A stretch of 64,000 nucleotides of DNA, from NCBI GenBank assembly GCA_023248155.1, contig JAHFFE010000001.1, positions 148,873 through 212,872 of the forward strand, in the 5' to 3' direction. The first letter of the stretch is position 1. Each line of letters opens with the position of its first letter. A model generated the notes under the pieces. The model was not told the origin of the DNA, did no database searches, and saw nothing but the letters and a program-made list of their open reading frames with translations. The translations under genes and the position numbers were made by a program. Positions 58,258 to 64,000 of this stretch are shown here, piece after piece. The stretch is from Candidatus Omnitrophota bacterium. GTDB lineage: Bacteria > Omnitrophota > Gorgyraeia > 1-14-0-20-64-10.

Positions 58258-59167
58258 CTGGGGCGATCGCTTATTCGGCGGTGCCAGCCTCGGATTCGCC
58301 CTCCTGATCCTTGTTCTGGTCGCCGTGCTCGTCGGAGAGCTGGCCTGGAATTCCAGGCTGGCTCTCCGCGCTTTTGGCCCGGCATTTCTCTGGTCGCAGA
58401 ACTGGGACCCGGTACAGGAACTGTTCGGCGCGCTTCCATTTATCTACGGCACGCTGGCTACGTCGGTTGTCGCGCTGCTGATTTCAATTCCGCTGGGTCT
58501 TGGAACGGCGATTTTTCTGGTTGAGCTGGCCCCGCCGCGCGTCTCAGAAACTATCAGTTTTCTCGTCGAGCTGCTGGCTGCGATCCCCAGCGTGATCTAC
58601 GGGCTGGTCGGGTTGTTCGTCGTGGTTCCGTGGGTTCGCACCGCTTTTTGTCCGTCGGTATCGGCGGCGCTGGGCTGGATCCCGATCTTTCAGGCCAGTC
58701 CTTATGGCGTGGGAATTTTTACAGCAGGCATTATTCTGGCTGTGATGATCGTTCCGTTTATTACTACGGTTTCGCGCGAGGTTCTGCTGATGGTTCCTCG
58801 TTCTCAGCGGGAAGCGGCGCTGGCGCTGGGCGCCACCCATTGGGAAATGGTCTCGACCGCTATCCTGCCGTATGCGCGGTCCGGAATCGCCGGGTCGATT
58901 TTTCTGGCATTGGCCCGCGCGCTGGGCGAAACGATGGCCGTCACGATGGTGATCGGCAACCGCCCTGAAATCCGCGCCTCGCTCTTTGAGCCGGGCTACA
59001 CGATGGCCGCGGTGCTGGCCAATGAATTTTCAGAGGCGACCTCCGATTTGCATCTGCACGCGCTGATTGAAATCGGGCTGGTTTTGTTCGTCATCACGAT
59101 TATCGTCAACGGACTGGCCCGTTTGCTGTTGCTTAAATTAGGCCGGACCACCGAAGGACGATCTTAA
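58229..59167 (+). CDS. pstC: Phosphate ABC transporter permease
   Basis: W.P....FGALP.IYGTL, ELLAAIPSV.YG, RALGETMAV. Confidence 0.95.
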   Translation: MRSSRSRSGNWGDRLFGGASLGFALLILVLVAVLVGELAWNSRLALRAFGPAFLWSQNWDPVQELFGALPFIYGTLATSVVALLISIPLGLGTAIFLVELAPPRVSETISFLVELLAAIPSVIYGLVGLFVVVPWVRTAFCPSVSAALGWIPIFQASPYGVGIFTAGIILAVMIVPFITTVSREVLLMVPRSQREAALALGATHWEMVSTAILPYARSGIAGSIFLALARALGETMAVTMVIGNRPEIRASLFEPGYTMAAVLANEFSEATSDLHLHALIEIGLVLFVITIIVNGLARLLLLKLGRTTEGRS

Positions 59168-59168
59168 A

Positions 59169-60017
59169 ATGAAAAGCGATTCAATGACGCTTCGCCGGTG
59201 GGTCAACCGTGTAGCGTTGACATTGACCGGTCTCTGCGCGCTCGTGACCGTTTCAACGCTCTTTTTTCTGTTGGGCTATATCACGCTCAATGGGATCGGA
59301 GCGATCAACTGGGAATTTCTCACGCAGCTGCCCAAGCCCGTCGGCGAGACCGGCGGAGGGATGGCCAACGCCATTGTCGGAACCGCCAAGCTGCTGGGGC
59401 TTGCCAGCCTGATCGGAGTTCCGATCGGATTTTTTGGCGGCATCTATCTGTCCGAATACGGCCACGGCCGATTGGCGTTCTGGGTGCGGTACGCGTCGGA
59501 TGTGCTTAATGGCGTCCCGTCGATCGTGATCGGTATTTTTGCTTATATTTTGATTGTGCTTCCGATGAAAGGTTTTTCAACGCTGGCCGGCGGATTCGCG
59601 CTGGGAATCATGATGATTCCGATCGCGGTCCGGACCACTGAAGAATTTTTGCGGCTCATTCCCGCTTCCGTTCGTGAAGCGTCTTACGCACTGGGGGTTC
59701 GTCAATGGAAAACAACAGTCTTTGTCGTGATTCCGGCCGCCGCGCGCGGTCTGATGACCGGAATTCTGCTCGACCTGGCACGCGTGGCTGGGGAGACGGC
59801 GCCGCTGTTATTCACGGCGTTGAACAACCGGATCTGGAGCCATGGGTGGACGGAACCAACCTCGTCGCTTCCGGTGATGATTTACACCTACGCGATCTCT
59901 CCCTACGAAGACTGGCACCGCCAGGCCTGGGCGGCGGCGCTGGTGTTGATGTTGCTCGTGTTGGTAGTCAACGGCGGCGCGAGGATTCTTCTGCCGCGCC
60001 GGAGGGAAACGGCATGA
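59169..60017 (+). CDS. pstA: Phosphate ABC transporter permease
   Basis: [31 protein letters not shown]. Confidence 0.95.
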   Translation: MKSDSMTLRRWVNRVALTLTGLCALVTVSTLFFLLGYITLNGIGAINWEFLTQLPKPVGETGGGMANAIVGTAKLLGLASLIGVPIGFFGGIYLSEYGHGRLAFWVRYASDVLNGVPSIVIGIFAYILIVLPMKGFSTLAGGFALGIMMIPIAVRTTEEFLRLIPASVREASYALGVRQWKTTVFVVIPAAARGLMTGILLDLARVAGETAPLLFTALNNRIWSHGWTEPTSSLPVMIYTYAISPYEDWHRQAWAAALVLMLLVLVVNGGARILLPRRRETA

Positions 60018-60838
60018 GCACTCCTTCTGAACCGGTGATGCCGCCGCGGATTACGCCTCCCGCAGAAGAACCCAGGGTTGAAGGCGCCGCATTGGCGGTG
60101 GAGAAACTCAACGCCTGGTTTGGTTCCAATCATGTCGTCAAGGATATTTCAATTTCGTTTCCAAAACATCATGTGACCGCGTTGATCGGGCCGTCCGGCT
60201 GCGGTAAATCGACCTTCATCCGCTGTTTGAACCGGATGCACGAAGTGGTGCCCGGCGCGCGCGTCAGCGGATCGGTTTTGCTCGAGGGAGACAACATCTA
60301 TGCCGAGGGGGTTGACCCAGTCCGGATTCGCCGGCGTATCGGCATGGTATTCCAGAAACCGAACCCGTTTCCGACGATGTCGATCTACGACAATGTCGCG
60401 GCGGGCCTGCGCTTAAATGGCACGAACCGCGTCTCCGTGCTCGATGCCGCCGTCGAGGAAGGTCTGCATCTTGCCGCGCTCTGGGATGAAGTGAAAGACA
60501 AACTGCGCGCACCCGGCACCAGCCTTTCAGGCGGGCAGCAGCAGCGGTTGTGCATCGCCCGCGCGCTGGCCGTCAAACCGGAAATCCTGCTGATGGACGA
60601 GCCTTGTTCAGCGCTCGATCCGATCGCTACCGGAAAGATTGAAGAATTGATTTATCAGCTGCGCGAACGCTACACTGTGGGTATCGTCACGCACAACATG
60701 CAGCAGGCGGCGCGCGTTTCTTCGTTTACCGGATTTCTTTTAATGGGGGAACTGGTGGAGTTTGGGGCGACCGGCAAGATTTTCACGAACCCGAAAGATT
60801 CCCGCACGGAAGCGTACATTACCGGGAGGTTTGGTTAA
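60014..60838 (+). CDS. pstB: Phosphate ABC transporter ATP-binding protein
   Basis: [38 protein letters not shown]. Confidence 0.97.
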   Translation: MSTPSEPVMPPRITPPAEEPRVEGAALAVEKLNAWFGSNHVVKDISISFPKHHVTALIGPSGCGKSTFIRCLNRMHEVVPGARVSGSVLLEGDNIYAEGVDPVRIRRRIGMVFQKPNPFPTMSIYDNVAAGLRLNGTNRVSVLDAAVEEGLHLAALWDEVKDKLRAPGTSLSGGQQQRLCIARALAVKPEILLMDEPCSALDPIATGKIEELIYQLRERYTVGIVTHNMQQAARVSSFTGFLLMGELVEFGATGKIFTNPKDSRTEAYITGRFG

Positions 60839-60839
60839 A

Positions 60840-61502
60840 ATGCAGCGACATTTCGACGAAGAACTCAAGCAGCTGCGCGACCGCCTGCTGGCAATGGGCG
60901 GCGCGTCCGAACAGATCGTCGGCAAAGCGGTCAAAGCGCTCGTGGAGCGGAACCTCGCGTTGGCGCAGGAAGTTTTGCGCGAAGACACGGCCATCAATCA
61001 GATGGAGGTGGAAATTGAGGACCTTTGCCTTAATTTGATGGCGCGTTATCAGCCCGAGGCGAAAGATTTGCGCACGGTCGCGATGATCTTTAAAATCGTC
61101 AACGATCTGGAGCGGGTGGGTGATCAGGCCGTCAATATCGCCGAGCGGACCGTTGATCTTCTCAAAGAACCGCTGTTGAAGCCGCTGATCGATATTCCGC
61201 GCATGGCGGCGCTGGCCCAGCAGATGCTCAAAGACGCGCTCGACGCATTTGTGAACCATAACACGGAAATGGCCCGCGATGTTTGCCGGCGCGACGAGCA
61301 GGTCGATCATCTCAATGATCAGATCTACAAGGAGTTGCTGGTTTTTATGACTCAGGATCCCAAAACAATCATCCGCGCGATGGATCTGATTCTGGTCGGC
61401 CGGCATCTGGAGCGGGTGGCCGATCACGCGACGAACATCGCCGAAGATGTTTATTACCTCGTCAAAGGAACTACGATCAAACATCGCCTGGCTGGCAACT
61501 GA
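60840..61502 (+). CDS. phoU: Phosphate signalling complex protein PhoU
   Basis: QP.AKDLR, DLERVGD.A.NIA, LERVADHATNIAE. Confidence 0.96.
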   Translation: MQRHFDEELKQLRDRLLAMGGASEQIVGKAVKALVERNLALAQEVLREDTAINQMEVEIEDLCLNLMARYQPEAKDLRTVAMIFKIVNDLERVGDQAVNIAERTVDLLKEPLLKPLIDIPRMAALAQQMLKDALDAFVNHNTEMARDVCRRDEQVDHLNDQIYKELLVFMTQDPKTIIRAMDLILVGRHLERVADHATNIAEDVYYLVKGTTIKHRLAGN

Positions 61503-61512
61503 CAGGGATTGG

Positions 61513-62715
61513 ATGTTTGAATTATTCAAGAAAAAAAATTTTACGCTGCTCTGGTGGGGACAGCTCTGCTCGCAATTCGGCGACCGCCTGATTCAGATGA
61601 TTCTCGTCGGGCTTGTGGCAGCGCACGCGTCCGGTTCCAGCCTCACGCTGGCCAAAGTGCTGGCATTTACCTCGCTGCCGGCCTTGATCGTCAGTCCGAT
61701 CGCCGGCGCCTATGTCGACCGCTGGAACCGAAAACGGACCATGATCATCTGCGATTTAATCCGCTCCGGCCTCATTTTACTGCTTCCGTTCTTGGCTGCC
61801 TGGCCGAATCATCTGTTCCTCTATATGAATGTGTTCGGCTTGTTTGCCGTGGCCAGTTTTTTTGTGCCGGCCCGGCTGGCGATCATTCCCGATTTAGTTG
61901 AGCAGTCACAGTTGGCCACAGCCAATGCGGTCTTTACCACTTCGGGCATGGTCGGCGGCGCGCTCACGCTGTTGATTGGCGCGTTGCTGGTGGAATGGTT
62001 CGGGACCGCGAAATCCTGCTGGGTTAACTCGGCTGCCTATACCGCCTCAGCGCTGCTGATTCTTCCGATCCGTTCATCGTCCGGTTTTCTGGTACCTGCC
62101 GCCGAAGCTCCGCTTAAAATTATGGAGGAAGTTTGGGAAGGGGTGAACCAGCTCTGGCGGCATGACAACACGCGCCGCGTCGTCGGGCTGCTGGCCATTT
62201 TAACAGCGGGCGGCGGTTCCGCCATGGTGGTTGGAACCATTTTGGTGCAGCGTTGTCTGGGAACAATTACCAAAGACCTTGGATTTTTAAGTTTATGGCT
62301 GGGCATCGGCATGTTTCTGGGTACCGTCATTTATGGACGATGGGGTGCCAGGCATACCCGCCGCGTCGTGCTGGGATTTTCGTTTGTGGGGGCCGGTCTT
62401 TCGCTGGCTGCGTTTATGGGAGCCATTGCGTTGTTGCGTTCAGGCGCTGCGGCATCGGTGGCAGCACTCGGTATGGGCATCTGCGTCGGACCGGCCGGTG
62501 TGTTGGCCAACACGCTGGTGCATGAAGCGCATCCCGAGCGTATGCACGGCCGCATTTTCAGCAGCCTGGGTATCGTCGTGAATATTTCGTTTATCAGCTC
62601 GATGCTTAGCGCCGGCTGGATCGCCGAACGGTTCGGCGACCTCTGGATGTTGTCGGGCGTGGCGGCCGTTTTTGCCTTCTGCGGGCTGGCTTTGATATAC
62701 TATAAGGAACGGTAA
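61513..62715 (+). CDS. MFS transporter (macrolide-efflux/DHA3-like)
   Basis: NF.LLW.GQ..SQFGD, AGAYVDRWNRK..M, about 12 TM helices. Confidence 0.88.
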   Translation: MFELFKKKNFTLLWWGQLCSQFGDRLIQMILVGLVAAHASGSSLTLAKVLAFTSLPALIVSPIAGAYVDRWNRKRTMIICDLIRSGLILLLPFLAAWPNHLFLYMNVFGLFAVASFFVPARLAIIPDLVEQSQLATANAVFTTSGMVGGALTLLIGALLVEWFGTAKSCWVNSAAYTASALLILPIRSSSGFLVPAAEAPLKIMEEVWEGVNQLWRHDNTRRVVGLLAILTAGGGSAMVVGTILVQRCLGTITKDLGFLSLWLGIGMFLGTVIYGRWGARHTRRVVLGFSFVGAGLSLAAFMGAIALLRSGAAASVAALGMGICVGPAGVLANTLVHEAHPERMHGRIFSSLGIVVNISFISSMLSAGWIAERFGDLWMLSGVAAVFAFCGLALIYYKER

Positions 62716-62729
62716 GAGGAGATTTTCAA

Positions 62730-63059
62730 ATGGGAAACGCTACAGTTGCAATCAAAGATGATGTCGCTTTTGAAACGCTGTTAAAAGGACCGGCTCCCGC
62801 GCTGATCGATTTCTGGGCCGAGTGGTGCGCGCCCTGCCGCGCGCTGGCGCCCGCATTGGATGAACTGGCGCAGAAATACACCGGAAAATTCGTTGTGGCC
62901 AAGGTCAATGTGGACGAGTACCAGGACTTAGCCGCCAAGTTCGGGATTATGAACATCCCGACGATGATCTTTTTCAAGAACGGTCAGGAAGTCGACCGCG
63001 CCGTAGGGTTGCAGCAAAAGGCGCAGCTCGACGCGAAGATCCAGAATTTAATCGGCTAG
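62730..63059 (+). CDS. trxA: Thioredoxin
   Basis: DFWAEWCAPCR and IPT. Confidence 0.95.
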   Translation: MGNATVAIKDDVAFETLLKGPAPALIDFWAEWCAPCRALAPALDELAQKYTGKFVVAKVNVDEYQDLAAKFGIMNIPTMIFFKNGQEVDRAVGLQQKAQLDAKIQNLIG

Positions 63060-63079
63060 TTGAGAACAGTTCTTCGGCA

Positions 63080-64000
<921 letters not shown>

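Noticed and set aside
57166-61529. Minus-strand ORFs 57166..57915 and 60819..61529
   Set aside because: Antisense shadows of pstS and phoU.

Overview
Gene-dense bacterial chromosomal window of moderately high GC, probably from a PVC-superphylum organism such as Omnitrophota. That placement is an inference from a PVC-type Minf_1886-like gene, outer-membrane porins and a giant modular protein. From left to right: (1) a minus-strand lipid/fatty-acid operon (cNMP-patatin, 3-hydroxyacyl-CoA dehydrogenase, enoyl-CoA hydratase, acyl-CoA ligase, lysophospholipase) with two PilZ genes; (2) an unassigned ~250-nt structured ncRNA with its own promoter; (3) era, malQ and a Doc-type toxin-antitoxin pair; (4) a 2171-aa protein with a signal peptide, divided into modules by four [AS]-G-x-E-E motifs, which is the best candidate for an undescribed system; (5) nuoJKLMN followed by a complete F1Fo ATP synthase operon; (6) a metal-uptake locus with two probable ribosome-stalling leader peptides; (7) tRNA-Thr(CGT) and a small accessory region (Phd/RelE pair, lytic transglycosylase); (8) a phoBR-porin-pstSCAB-phoU phosphate regulon with clear 11-bp repeat boxes; (9) trxA, purN and the start of eno. 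No CRISPR array, rRNA, integrase or transposase was seen. All calls come from motif recognition by eye; no searches were run.
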